Origin: Paragordius varius
Lineage: Eukaryota; Animalia; Nematomorpha
NCBI GenBank assembly: GCA_964247055.1
Contig: OZ176059.1
Location: 372,001 to 436,000, forward strand
Length of the DNA stretch: 64,000 nt
Reading direction: 5' to 3'
Part shown: positions 40,701 to 50,500 of the stretch, one piece after another
How the letters are laid out: every line of letters starts with the position of its first letter
How positions within the stretch are numbered: position 1 is the stretch's first letter
Position numbers and translations under genes: made by a program
Notes under the pieces: generated by a model
The model's input: only the letters and a program-made list of their open reading frames with translations
The model's database searches: none
Told to the model about the DNA's origin: nothing

Positions 40701-43159
40701 CAACAGCACCGATAATATTTCAGTGAGATATGGACCAGTTTAACAAGTAATGGTCTCGGATGGCATGAGAAAGCATAGATGAAAGGAAACTCGTCGTAAC
40801 ACCCATCGCATTTATTTTTTAACAAATGAATTTCGTTTATATTAACTTTAAAAAATACTAGACTATACCATGAAGAATTCATAAGAGTTTTATCAGCCGC
40901 CCAAAAACGCATAATTTATTTTTAAGGTAAATTTGAATTGTTCAATGGTAATGAATTGTTCAAGGGTAAATTTGACTTGTTTAAGAGTACATTTAAATTG
41001 TTCAAGAGTGAATTTGAATTGGTTAAGGATGAATTTAAATTGTTTTGCTGTTAATTTGAATTAACATTTATATTCATTGTTACAGATTGGTCAGTATTTA
41101 TTAATGCTACCCCAATATTTGGATAATTACAGTTTTTCAACTCCATCACTCCTCGCTACCAAAAATGACAATAATGATAATTATTCATTACCAACAACTT
41201 CCAATTACGGTGATTGGGGCAAGAATGCTTTATTAAATGTTTACCGATACTATTACCTGTATTTCGAGGAGGAGGGTAAAAGAATTTTTTTTATATTTAT
41301 GATTGATTCGTTGGTTATTCCCAGTATGGTTATCGTTTAGAAAAAAATATTTGTCTTTAAATTTTTACGTGTTGTCCGTATAATATCAAATTTTACTGTA
41401 ATATTTGTGGTATAAGTATAAATTTCATTTATAATAAGACACAACGTTTCTAATATGCGGCCTATTAAAAATATTTGAAAAATAAAATATAAAAATTGCC
41501 TAATTTGAAAAAAAATATTAGTAAAATTGATATATTATTATCCCATACAAAATGTTAATGAGTTAGTTTTCTATATTTTAGCAACAAAAACTAATTCTTA
41601 TAATATACCATTTGCACTTCAAGCGTGTCCTCAAACTTTTTAAGTTGGTTTTTACATTTCAAATTGGTCCTTAAAATTTCTTATTTTGGATTTAACCATA
41701 AATTTAGCATATTCTTCATATTATAATACTTTTTGTCGGAGGACCAAGTTGAAGTGCTAATAGACACTCTTAAAGTGCAAAAGTTATTATGATTAATATT
41801 TATTTACTACATTTTTAATTTTATTTTTTGCCAATAAAATATTTTTTACAGTAATATTCATTTTAATGCATCTCACCGCACTTCTTGGGTCTATAATCGA
41901 CCCGCGAAGCCATTTATGTTGCAAAAAATATATATTTTTTATCATTTTTATTATAAGGTTAAAGCTGTATATTTGCAAATATATATATATATATATATTA
42001 TTTCGATTTAGAACATGTTAACCATAATAATGAAAACAAACATGTCACATCCAACAATAAGAAAAATAATGATAATGAATTTCCTTATGAAACAGTGGCT
42101 GAATATTGGTTAAATAACCTAATAAGTTACATAAGTCATGAGTTAATGCATTTAATTACAAACCGATTGCATGTGATTGAACCAACTACTCTCCATCAAA
42201 TTCATTGTGATTTAGGTGGGCATTATAATATAATATACCATTTACAGTTCGAATTCACGCTTGAACAATTTAAATTCACCCTTGAACATTTTCAAATTCA
42301 CCCTAAAATAAATTATGTCCTTTTTTAAATTTTAAATTACCTATATTTTTTAATATTTTAAAAATAAAATGAAATATCGTTTAAAATTAATATAGTACTG
42401 AAAAAATAATAAACTATTCCATGAAAATATATTTCATATTAATGATGAGTTATAACTGTCAAGGGGGAATTCGAATTGTTCAAGGGTGAATTTGAATTGT
42501 TCAAGGGTGATTTTGAATTTTAAATGGTATATATATTTTTTATGATATTTTTATAAAACACCTGCCACTTGGCTAACCTCTCTACTTTTTACATTGTTTT
42601 GTTACATTAAAAATTAAAATATACCATTTACAATTAAAATTCACCCTTGAACAATTCAAATTTAACCTAAAAATAAAATAGGTTTTGGGCTAATATAACT
42701 CATCATTTATAAGATAGTTTATTATTTTTTTTATATTATTTTAATTTTGAACGGAATTTCATTTTTTATAATATAAAAAATATAATAATTTTTAATCTTA
42801 AAAAACACATATTTTATTTTAGGTATATATATATATATATATGCTTTTGATAAATATATCTTATCCTTACCATTTTTTAACTTGCAGATTATTTTGCCAA
42901 TTTAACCCAAGATTTGGGTTTTGAACAAAGCGTAAGGGACATTGATAATTTTACCCTGTTAATCCAATTAACTCAATCTGGATCACGGATGGAATATATG
43001 AAATGTCTTCAACAATACTATGGTCTTGTTATAACAACAAGTGATGAAACTACGCTAGATCAATCACTTTTAAGTGGTGAGGAAAGCGCTATTAAATTTC
43101 CACCAAATACTGCCAAACAGTTTATAACTTTGTTTGAACGTATTCAATGGACATCTTAA
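15885..43159 (+). CDS. COG7: Conserved oligomeric Golgi complex subunit 7, ~18 exons, ~1070 aa; start-codon exon not resolved
   Basis: GT-AG exons in continuous frame: 15885-16004, 16043-16414, 16788-16938, 18961-19082, 20449-20601, 21905-22340, 22737-22864, 23940-24065, 30581-30740, 32394-32556, 36257-36441, 37395-37534, 37971-38001, 38037-38062, 38183-38410, 41086-41275, 42012-42215, 42888-43159 (3207 nt). Segments recognised against human COG7 from memory: IKGRMFEVKKAMIEALNWDRL ([21 protein letters not shown]), PSEYMTEIGQYLLMLPQYLD ([20 protein letters not shown]), AEYWLNNL (ADNWLGSI), QIHCDLDYFANL (QLATDIDYLINV). The two micro-exons are less certain. Confidence 0.88.
18440..18890. repeat. 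Family C 21-bp tandem array (AAAAATGTTGCGTTTGCTTGA)
   Basis: About 20 degenerate units with a 21-bp period, in COG7 intron 16939-18960. Confidence 0.8.
21302..21870. mobile_element. Family C element (21-bp array ending in AAATGG|TA)
   Basis: The array includes an internal ~60-bp block duplication. The right end reads aaaaatggta; the left end is a degenerate tacattgccagtttaa. Confidence 0.7.
23617..23903. mobile_element. Tc1/mariner-type MITE family M1 (TA|CAGTAAAAATTGAAATTATACGGAC TIR); representative of >15 copies
   Basis: ~290-bp palindromes with CAGT...ACTG ends and TA flanks. Other copies at ~4504-4790, 10525-10790, 17455-17765, 19532-19872, 30130-30458, 31375-31640, 32634-32929, 36464-36775, 37078-37371, 52310-52570, 58938-59222, 59833-60105 and 60645-60922, plus several halves. 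Confidence 0.85.
24325..24516. mobile_element. MITE family M2 (CAGTATGCATTTTAATGG TIR, ACAGTAGTGTATGG core)
   Basis: ~200-bp palindrome; a second copy is at ~35601-35808 and a third is embedded at ~22910-23085. Confidence 0.75.
24612..27640 (-). mobile_element. Degenerate Ty3/Gypsy LTR retrotransposon, 5'-truncated (gag CCHC remnant, PR, RT, RNase H, partial IN, PPT, 3' LTR)
   Basis: RT WATPTVNVLKPNGELRICSDF...IDLKNAHLQ...RMPFGLATAPIIFQ (26286-26690). RNase H ASDLG..YSTIEKELKAILFALRKFHSFVYGRKFILLTDHLPL (25459-26286). Zinc-knuckle remnant ~27230-27330. Order is PR-RT-RH-IN. The LTR (TG...CA) at 24612-24825 is adjacent to a purine tract. Frameshifts are present. Confidence 0.9.
27643..29425 (+). 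mobile_element. Second Gypsy copy of the same family (RNase H-IN-PPT-3' LTR), inverted relative to the first
   Basis: RNase H at 27650-27990; IN His-His region RIIIPKPLQKEVVRYLHSGH at 28055-28366; PPT ACAAGGGG then LTR starting TGTTAG at 29276. Stops and frameshifts are present. Confidence 0.9.
29530..29905 (-). mobile_element. Third Gypsy fragment (integrase core and C-terminal pieces)
   Basis: Reverse complement of parts of 28500-28760 and 29100-29160. Confidence 0.7.
31811..32118. mobile_element. Family B MITE (CCATTTACAGTTCAAATTCACCC TIR, 21-bp unit TTCAAATTCACCCTTGAACAA); representative of ~19 copies
   Basis: Palindromic 0.2-0.45 kb elements. Other copies are at ~16965-17382, 19130-19349, 19878-20178, 20181-20427, 20739-21062, 22368-22660, 24091-24288, 31070-31353, 32135-32367, 33339-33570, 34153-34970, 35981-36238, 38440-38734, 40905-41060, 42238-42527, 42624-42822, 53401-53721 and 58170-58450. 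Confidence 0.85.
32558..32595. repeat. (TA)n microsatellite; representative of many
   Basis: Similar runs at ~13155, 30325, 30530, 32928, 35948, 36790, 37672, 47525, 58815 and 60612, many abutting MITE ends. Confidence 0.9.
34375..34919. mobile_element. TIR element (TGTCATATCCTCTATTTTGGTTG ends) nested in a family B copy
   Basis: Imperfect inverted arms of ~70-90 bp at 34375-34445 and 34830-34919; B-family halves lie on both sides. Confidence 0.65.
37745..37875. mobile_element. Small palindromic family C element
   Basis: Starts CCATTTTTCAAGCAAACGCAAC, followed by inverted units ATGTTGTCTTTGCTTGAAAAA. Confidence 0.65.
39232..39715 (-). mobile_element. Gypsy RT N-terminal fragment (left arm of an inverted pair)
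   Basis: Reverse complement of 40335-40805; encodes a decayed TWATPTVNVLK.NGELRICSD RT segment of the same family as 26286-26690. Confidence 0.85.
39960..40805 (+). mobile_element. Gypsy remnant: gag CCHC knuckle and RT N-terminal fragment
   Basis: Decayed CNR.GR.H..SKCPAW...NKC.KPNHFPKMC at ~39985-40090; RT segment at 40335-40800 with stops. Confidence 0.85.
41608..41775. mobile_element. Family D MITE (CCATTTGCACTTCAAG terminus; TTCAAGTTGGTCCTTGAACAC unit)
   Basis: Starts TA|CCATTTGCACTTCAAG; the inverted end GGACCAAGTTGAAGTG...TTAAAGTGCAA lies near 41740-41780. Confidence 0.6.
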
Positions 43160-43256
43160 TATATTTGCCCTAGTTTTTTGCACATGCATTATAATATATA
43201 TTTATTTTTCACTGTCATTTTTGCATAACAAAATATTTATTATGCATTATAAATAT

Positions 43257-43938
43257 TTATTTATAAATATACGTAAAATATATATAAGGCGCAAAAGGAT
43301 GTGTATAAAAATTGGGGTTAAAATAATGCAATATGCTTTGGCCATGTATTTTTTGAAAAATTGGAAGAGCTGGGTATTTGGTCATTGTAAATATTCTATC
43401 ACAAGTGTACAAATATCCGTCATGTAATGACACACTATTATTGTCACCTGCAAAATAATGTTTTTTCGGGTAAAAATGTAAATGAATTTTTTTTTACCAT
43501 TGGGATACAGTTGATAACCACCATAAATTTCTATATAATAATTTTAAATTGAAAAATAAAATAACACTTTTTACATTTTAATAAATATTAATCAAATTAT
43601 TAATAGCATTTATTTGTTTTTTTTTCATATTCACTGTATGCCTGTCGTATAATTTAAATATGGGTGGTTATTTTTAAAAACACCTAATTTGGATTTTAGA
43701 TCTGCAAAAATTTACATATACATTATGATAGACATTAATCTAGCAAAAATAAAATTTATTTGCCATAATGTGTGCGAAATTTACCATTAATCAATAATGC
43801 TAAAATATGAAATATTTTAATGCAACTTGTGTGACTTGTAAGGGAGAGAGTTGTGTTTCTTTGACCAGTGTAGAAGTAAAAAGCCTGTCTATAAAAGCTA
43901 TTTGCGCTAACCATGTAATAAATTAAATGATACAGAAA
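43257..43938 (-). CDS. Probable 3' exons of an unidentified minus-strand gene converging on COG7
   Basis: Candidate minus-strand GT-AG exons 43938-43785, 43701-43684 (18 nt, uncertain), 43530-43498 and 43447-43257 join in frame: FLYHLIYYMVSANSFYRQAFYFYTGQRNTTLSL...IYGGYQLYPNGDNNSVSLHDGYLYTCDRIFTMTKYPALPIFQKIHGQSILHYFNPNFYTHPFAPYIYFTYIYK*. The last piece is open for 63 codons in very AT-rich DNA. No family recognised. Confidence 0.4.
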
Positions 43939-44021
43939 CTAATTAAAGAGCTTTGAAAATTATAATTAAACATAAATCAAATTAAAATTTAATTTTTATT
44001 ACATCCAAGATTCATTATATA

Positions 44022-45427
44022 CCATTTCCCAGTCTAAATAAACGTTTTCCCAGTCAATCGAAACATTTTCCCAATCAATCGAAACGTTTTCCCAGTCAAT
44101 CGAAACGTTTTCCCAGTCAATCGAAACATTTTCCCAGTCAATCGAAACGTTTTCCCAGTCAATCGAAACATTTTCCCAATCAATAAAAACGTTTTCCCAG
44201 TCAATAAAAACGGTTTTATTTTTTATGATAAATATTAAAATAAGAATATAAAAATATATGGAGATAATTTTTAATTAAAAACACAATCAAATGATGATTT
44301 TTCCAAGTATATTCCAGTGCACAATCATTAATGACTTATTCTTTAAATGTTATATTTTTGGAATTTAAGTTAAGATAATATTATTTATTTTATCGATGGT
44401 TCGCATTAATATATGCGGCTAAAAAAATCTATAGTTACGGAGGAATTAATAAAATTTATAAAAATATACCATTTTTATCACAAAGGTCATTTAACACTTT
44501 ATATTGGATCTTAAACATAAATTTTAGGCTAATTTTATAATATTTAACATTTGGTTCAGAGGGGGCCTAAGGCGGCCTTCCAAGTACCTTTGTGCGGGTC
44601 GCAAAAAATTTGGAAAACCATATGCAAAAATATGCTTACAAAATCTTAGTAATATTCATATTTCTTACGCAATTATTATGAATGAATTTATTAAATTGGT
44701 AATGAATTAAAAAAAAATGTTATATTGTGTTTGTATTTTACAGTCTTATTAATCAAATTATGTGAATGCCTGTATATATATTTTGAATGCGGAACCGTGT
44801 GCTTTTTGATTTAAAAATGCGGCCCGCGAAGGCATTTAGTTACACCCTTGTTTTAGTCAAATCTCCTTTTTATTAAATATTTTTAAATCAAAAACATTTT
44901 TATCAAAAATATTTTTGTTTAGATATTTTTTCCGACAGTATTTTATCGACAAACCGGACATATTTAAAAACTATTTGAAGCGTTCCGCAAATATTAATGC
45001 GAACCATCGATAAAATAAAAAATATTATCTTAACTCAAATTCCAAAAATATAACATTTAAAGAATAGGTCATTAATGATTGTGCACTGGAATATACTTGG
45101 AAAAATTGTCATTTGATTGTGTTTTTAATTAAAAATTATCTCCATATATTACGCTAATAATGGTTAAAAGTTGTTTTTATATTCTTATTTTAATATTTAT
45201 CATCAAAAATAATACCGTTTTTATTGACTGGGAAAACGTTTTTATTGATCGGGAAAATGTTTTTATTGACTGGGAAAATGTTTCGATTGACTGGGAAAAC
45301 GTTTTGATTGATTGGGAAAATGTTTCGATAGACTGGAAAAACGTTTAGATTGACTGGTAAAACGTTTCGATTGATTGGGAAAATGTTTCGATTGACTGGG
45401 AAAACGTTTATTTAGACTGGGAAATGG
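44022..45427. mobile_element. Family A copy 3
   Basis: Same termini, TA flanks, 21-bp arrays and interior as copy 2. Confidence 0.9.
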
Positions 45428-45574
45428 TATATATTATGTAATGAGGTCATACATTCCCCGGTATCGTGCATTCATATTCAGAATATATACTTTAACAGAT
45501 TATCTACACACCGTTCACAAAAAATAACTTGATGAAATATATATATTGTGATAGAAAAATGCATCAGGATTATT

Positions 45575-46390
45575 ATGGTGCTTTTGGTTTTGCCCCTTAC
45601 GAATAATATAAGAAAGTTACACTTTGGTAAGTGCTTCATATCAAAAATGGCGAAATTTACGCATATTTTTTAAGTATAAAGGCTTCATTCCAAAAAATAT
45701 CTCTGAATATATTTTAAACTACATATAAAAAGCTAAACAGTTTTTTTCAAGTAAAATTATTTTTAGATATAAGCTCCGAAAGTCCTAAATTTTTTTGTTC
45801 TTCTAAAATTGGCTAGTCGTCTATCAATAAATGCAAAAATGCCGGATTTGCCCGATAAAAATTTATATTGCTAAATTTTTATATTAGCTAAAAATATTTT
45901 CAAAAAAATGCATACTTTTTTTAAATTAATTTTTAGCAAAATTTTGTTCAAGTACTTCAAACTACTTTGAGGCACGATGGAATCGGTATAAAAACGCGTT
46001 AAGACATTATAAAATCACTTTTCCTATATAATTCGATGATGCTAAGCATTTCTAAAAACTCAGAATTTTGATTAAAATAATCATTCGTTTTCAAATTTAT
46101 GTACAAAATTGTGTTATTTACGAAATTCACCAAATCTTTAGGCAAACAAACATTCAATTAAAATTCTGATAGAAATGTTAAGCATTATAAAATTATATAG
46201 AAAAGGGTTTTCATAATATGTTAAAGCGTTGTTAAACCGTTTCCATCATAACTCAATGAAGTATGCTTGAGCAAAATTTAGCAGATTTTATTTCGCATCC
46301 CGGCATTTTTGTGTTTATTTTAAGCAAGTCCATTTTAAAAGAGCAAAAAAATTTGGGATCGGAAACTACGTCTAAAAATTAAATTTTTTC
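45575..46390 (+). mobile_element. Dispersed ~0.8-1 kb repeat family G
   Basis: The ATGGTGCTTTTGGTTTTG.CCCTTA.GA start and downstream blocks recur at ~7054-8130 (interrupted by the RTE), ~63021 and ~63477; fragments lie at 13350-15160. The end block (TTTTAGA.GT.G..TCCGA) occurs in both orientations. Confidence 0.65.
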
Positions 46391-47519
46391 AAAAATATTT
46401 TTTGCTTTTTATATGTAGTTTATATTATATTTTAGTGATATTTTGGAATGAAGCCTCTTGCACCAAAAAAATATTTTTTAAAAAATGGGCGGAAATTTTG
46501 CCATTTTCTGATATGGACCACTTATCACAAAATTTAAATAATTTTAAATACCGTAAGAGCAAAAAACAAAAGCACTTTGATAATTCTGATATATTATCCT
46601 ATCAGAATATATATAATATTAGGTTATTTTTGTATACCCACTGATTTTGGACTCAGTTTATATTATTGTGTGCTCTCCGTTTTTATGCACTGTATGTCCT
46701 TGTATTCGGTTATTTAATATATAGGTAAAAATTTTCGGCATGAAAAGTTGTGTGTTTTCAAAACTCATTTCAAATATACAACGAAAATTTTGTCTTCGTC
46801 GATGATTTTAATAATATTGGAAAATTCACTAATATATAATAATCAGTAAATAGTTACCTTATAATATATATTTCGACATTTAATATTTATTGAAATTTTT
46901 GTAATAAAGCTTTGCTCTAACATTTAATTATCCTATTAATAAAACATAAAGAATAAGCTCATGGAAGCTAACTACATAAGGCAGGCTGCGATTATATTGT
47001 AAGTCGTTGTTTAAATTAGTTAGCCACATAACTAAAATTATATGACTACTTTTTATCAGTTAGTATAAAACTAGGGATATATTATATAATATGGTATGTG
47101 ACGAACGAACTATGAAAAAATAAATGATAATAAAACGTAATGGGAAAATCGATAAGTAATATCTAAAAGAAATATAAAATTGTGATAAAAATTGAGATTG
47201 TATGGTTACAGATGTTTCTTTTTTGCCTTGCTCTGAATTGGTTAAAATGGAAAATTGTTTTATAAAATTCTTTATACAACTTTAATCCATATATATACAT
47301 ATGTGTGGGGTAACAGGCACAACGGAAAAATATGTAATAAAAAATAATTATTTATAACACTAAGGTTGACAATTGTTTTCTTAAAATTCCAAACCTCACC
47401 CTAAAACTTTTAAGGTATATTGTTCGGATTTTTTTTCTACTGGTAAATTCGATGTAATAAATGAGGAAATTACTTACGATCATTAAAATTTCTCCAATTC
47501 ATATATCTTTTACTTAAAC

Positions 47520-47558
<39 letters not shown>

Positions 47559-50500
47559 TAAATTAACGACCCCTCTATACTTTATATATGTATATATCTG
47601 TGTATATTAAATTAAAGCATTCAAAAAATAGCTGGAGAGTAAAACTCATTTAATTTTTTAATATATATCTATATATATGCTTAATATGTGATGGGACATA
47701 TCAACACATAAAAGTCAATTTAGTAGGATAAAATAAAGGGAGAAGACACCAGAAAAGAAAACGTTCAAGGAATTCTAATTTGTGATAAAAGCACACGCAA
47801 AATGTTTATTTAGACTGCTGGACTGTTTAGAAAAACAAATGAAGAAAAGCGAAATGGCCAAGTAGCATTCTATCAAACTAACTCAATGCCAAAATAATCT
47901 TTTTAACATCTAATTTATGATATAATCTATTGGAATATTTTTTCTTAACGATGCTAAAAGACAAGATATGGAATTAGGAAAAATATTTTAACAGCTATAT
48001 AAAGTTTTGAATGTTTGTAATAATATGGGATATTGACAGATCTTTGGGTCTAACAAAACTAAGTTGATATATTAAATATAAATTATTTATTTCTTAATAT
48101 TTTAAGTAATAATTAAAACTTTAACAACTTGACCCCTTATAGTCTCCAATGGGCGAAAAAATGGCTTATCCGGATCATGACCACTTTTAGAAAATTTTTT
48201 AAATCAATTTTCTATCAATATTTCCGTTTTTTAAAAGATATATTCATTATTCTTATTGTTTTGGCTCATGAAGGCATACAGAATACATATAAACTTTAAC
48301 TTTACTTATTTTTTAGGACATAAGGTATTTTTTATAGTCACTTTTTATTATAAAGCTCATTATAATGGCGATCATCCTATATCTCTCATTCAATATTTAG
48401 TATTTTAAAATTTGTCCAAGTTATATTATAGGTGTGCTATGTCCGTGTTAATATCATTTACATTACTATATATTCATTCCATGTTTCTTGTTTCAAGCGA
48501 TACTTGATGAAAGTTTTATACTTTTCCTTTTATATTATATTAATTTTTCCTAAATTCAATGCTCAAAAGGAGGACCTCTTTGCATAGGCGACCTTAAAAT
48601 ATAAAATTTAAATTTTTTTAATTAAAGTAGATTGAATCGTGTAAAGGGAATTGGATTTAATCCGGCCTTAATTTAAAATATTAAAAGTTTATATTTTGTG
48701 TGTAACGAATTCTGGATTAATTTATTTATACCAAACACAATTAAAAATATTTTTTACCAGTTTTACAACACGTGATGAACATGTGTTTGAAATTAACCGA
48801 TTAATTTTGAAAACGATCACAGTCACGGTTTCCAGGCGTGAAAATACCCAAATTTATAATATATAATTAATTCCGTTGTAAAAAATATATATTTTGTATC
48901 AAAATTATATATTATTATAGCTACTAATTTTTAGATGTTGTGATATATAAAAAAACAGCTAACATAGGTTAACTAACTCAGAGTGTGTTGTCTCAAAATT
49001 TCATCTTACAAATAATATCTAAAAAAACATAACTAAATATATAGAGAAGATTACACACATATACAAGATAACAATATCAAAAAATGTCTAAAAATGCTCT
49101 GCTTTTAAATTAGAGACAAAACTAGCAGTAACTTTTTTATATTAGTTTTATCAAGAGAGTATCATTTTTTTCCATTTACGTATGAGGCCAGACTAATATA
49201 AAAGGAATATTTGACTCTTACAATTTATACTTATAGTTTGGAATTATGCATAAAGTGTATTTATTTAAACCAATCTTAATATCCTAAAAACGTATTTAAT
49301 ATGAGATATTATAATTTTTACCAAAATATCAGTGATTTTCGCTTTTTTGGCCATTTTATTTGATTCCGTTTCTACAGTCAGATTCATTCCGTTGTATATA
49401 CCACCTCCGTTTAAATATTTTTTTTTAAAAAATATTGGTATAGTATTGTAAATTTATATGATCATAGTTATGGTCCCCTAATAATTTTATGACATTAGAT
49501 TTTAAAAATTTGACTTTCATTTTTTAAAAATATATTATGATTTCTGTTAAACATTGAAAAAAAATAAAATATTTCAATATTTTCCGAATTTTCTTTTTAT
49601 TTTATTGCAGATGCCACATGGATATTTACAACAAATATCATAATTTATTATTCATAATTTGGGCACGTTATACAAAAAAACGACTTATTCCATCGTGTGA
49701 TTCTTTCTTCCGTTTTTATTCCATGCATTAAAACGAAATTGGCATTTTAATTATTTGATATATTAATTCACAAAAACATCATTCCTGAAAAACAACAACC
49801 CTTATAAAAAGTAGTAAAAAATGATTCGATTTCGTGGGTTTAAACCGAGGGCTAAAGGTCCAGGGACCGCTACACTTGTGGCAGCTAGTTTGGATAAAGC
49901 GGCCGCCTCTATGGTCAAACCCACTCAAGACCGAACACAATTTGGGGGTGATTTTGGCACCGGTCTAATGGACCCAACTCAAACTCAAGTAAGATAATAT
50001 GATATCCAGTTTTTATGTGAAATTTTGCTTTATTAAATAGGAAGCTAAAACCATTTTATATATTAAAAACTATGGTTTATGTCGAAACATTATCTGCATA
50101 CACATCTTAATGTGTGGTAAATTCATATATGGATTCTATTTTTTAAATAATTAAGTGGTGGCCCAATTGATCAAATACTTATATATTTTTTAGGTGTGAC
50201 TTACGAAATTTTTGAGAATATGCTTTAACTTGGATTTATATTATAAAAATAATCGAAAATATGGTTTACTTTTTACTTAAAATATTTGGAATTTTTTAAC
50301 CGTCCGGTCTTTCTAAAAAAGTTTAGCTTCCTATATCATAACAACAGTATTTTTCCTAAAAAAACAAATTAATCTATGATGTATATATATATATTTAAAA
50401 TTTATATTTTTTGTCATATATATGTAGCATACAAATTATAGTATGAGTAAGTATACCTTGCTAGAAATTTATTAATTATTGCTGTATAGCATATGCAAAA

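Noticed and set aside
42861-42887. TATCCTTAC near the last COG7 acceptor as a U12 branch site
   Set aside because: The matching donor is GTGGGC, not U12-like; likely chance.
9512-43159. Non-standard genetic code suggested by the CUA tRNA-like sequence
   Set aside because: About 1200 rebuilt codons contain no in-frame TAG, TAA or TGA, and both genes end in TAA.
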